A stretch of 63,442 bases of DNA, the filler included, from Chiloscyllium plagiosum (taxonomy: Eukaryota): the NCBI RefSeq assembly GCF_004010195.1. It is 4 parts of one record of this genome, joined end to end, with 100 filler letters (N's around TTAATTAATTAA, not from the genome) between each part and the next. Parts side by side here need not be neighbours in the genome. Positions count along the whole stretch, not along the records: positions 49,809 to 63,442 come from NC_057710.1; 3 more parts are not named here. One strand, 5' to 3'. Of this stretch, positions 62,962-63,442 are shown one piece after another; the stretch's first letter is position 1; each line of letters begins with the position of its first letter. The notes beneath the pieces are model-generated. The model made no database searches, had not been told where the DNA came from, and saw only the letters and a list, made by a program, of their open reading frames with translations. A program made the position numbers and the translations under genes.

Positions 62962-63442
62962 AGATAGAACATAGAACATAAAACAGTACAGCACAGAACA
63001 GGCCCTTCAGCCAACGATGTTGTACCGACCAATGAAGCTCATGTATGCACCCTCAAATTTCTGTGACCATATGCATGTCCAGCAGTATCTTAAATGTCCC
63101 CAATGACCTTGCTTCCACAACTGCTGCTGGCAACACATTCCATGCTCTCACAACTCTCTGTGTAAAGAACCCGCCTCTGACATCCCCTCTATACTTTCCT
63201 CCAACCAACTTAAAACTATGACCCCTCGTGTTAGTCATTTCTGCCCTGAGAAATAGTCTCTGACTATCGACTCTATCTCTGCCTCTCATTTTCTTATATA
63301 CCTCAATTAAGTCCCCTCTCCTCCTCCTTTTCTCCAATGAAAAAAGGCCGAGCTCAGTCAACCTCTCTTCATAAGATAAGCCCTCCAGTCCAGGCACCAT
63401 CCTGGTAAACCACCTCTGAACCCTCTCCAAAGCATCCACATC
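62962..63442 (-). mobile_element. Young CR1 3' end running off the window
   Basis: Open ORF 63053-63439 ALERVQR.FTRMVPGL...TRGHSFKL...FFTQRVVRAWN; (TTCTATG)n tail. Confidence 0.95.

Overview
Repeat-dense, intron-like DNA from a cartilaginous fish (shark-type HE1 SINEs, HER1/CR1 LINEs and SacSINE1-like SINEs; the taxon is inferred from the repeats). Roughly half or more of the window is transposon-derived. It holds many CR1 fragments (two with ORF1/5' ends), Penelope-like elements (PLEs) of several families, Rex1/Babar, L2 and Tx1 LINE relics, two related solo LTRs, Tigger-like MITEs and a FLYWCH/Mutator-like fragment. There are four assembly gaps; three are 100-bp artificial spacers containing TTAATTAATTAA. 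No complete gene is visible. A chain of small, phase-compatible minus-strand exon candidates (about 21.1, 20.9, 14.9 and 6.1 kb) and a larger exon-like ORF at 38.1-38.6 kb may belong to an unidentified gene. The most distinctive signal is a set of about 20 minimal hammerhead-ribozyme motifs from four PLE families, whose stem II sequences covary. Many sit in 30-450 bp non-coding inserts flanked by 9-16 bp target duplications. All family assignments are by eye, without database searches.
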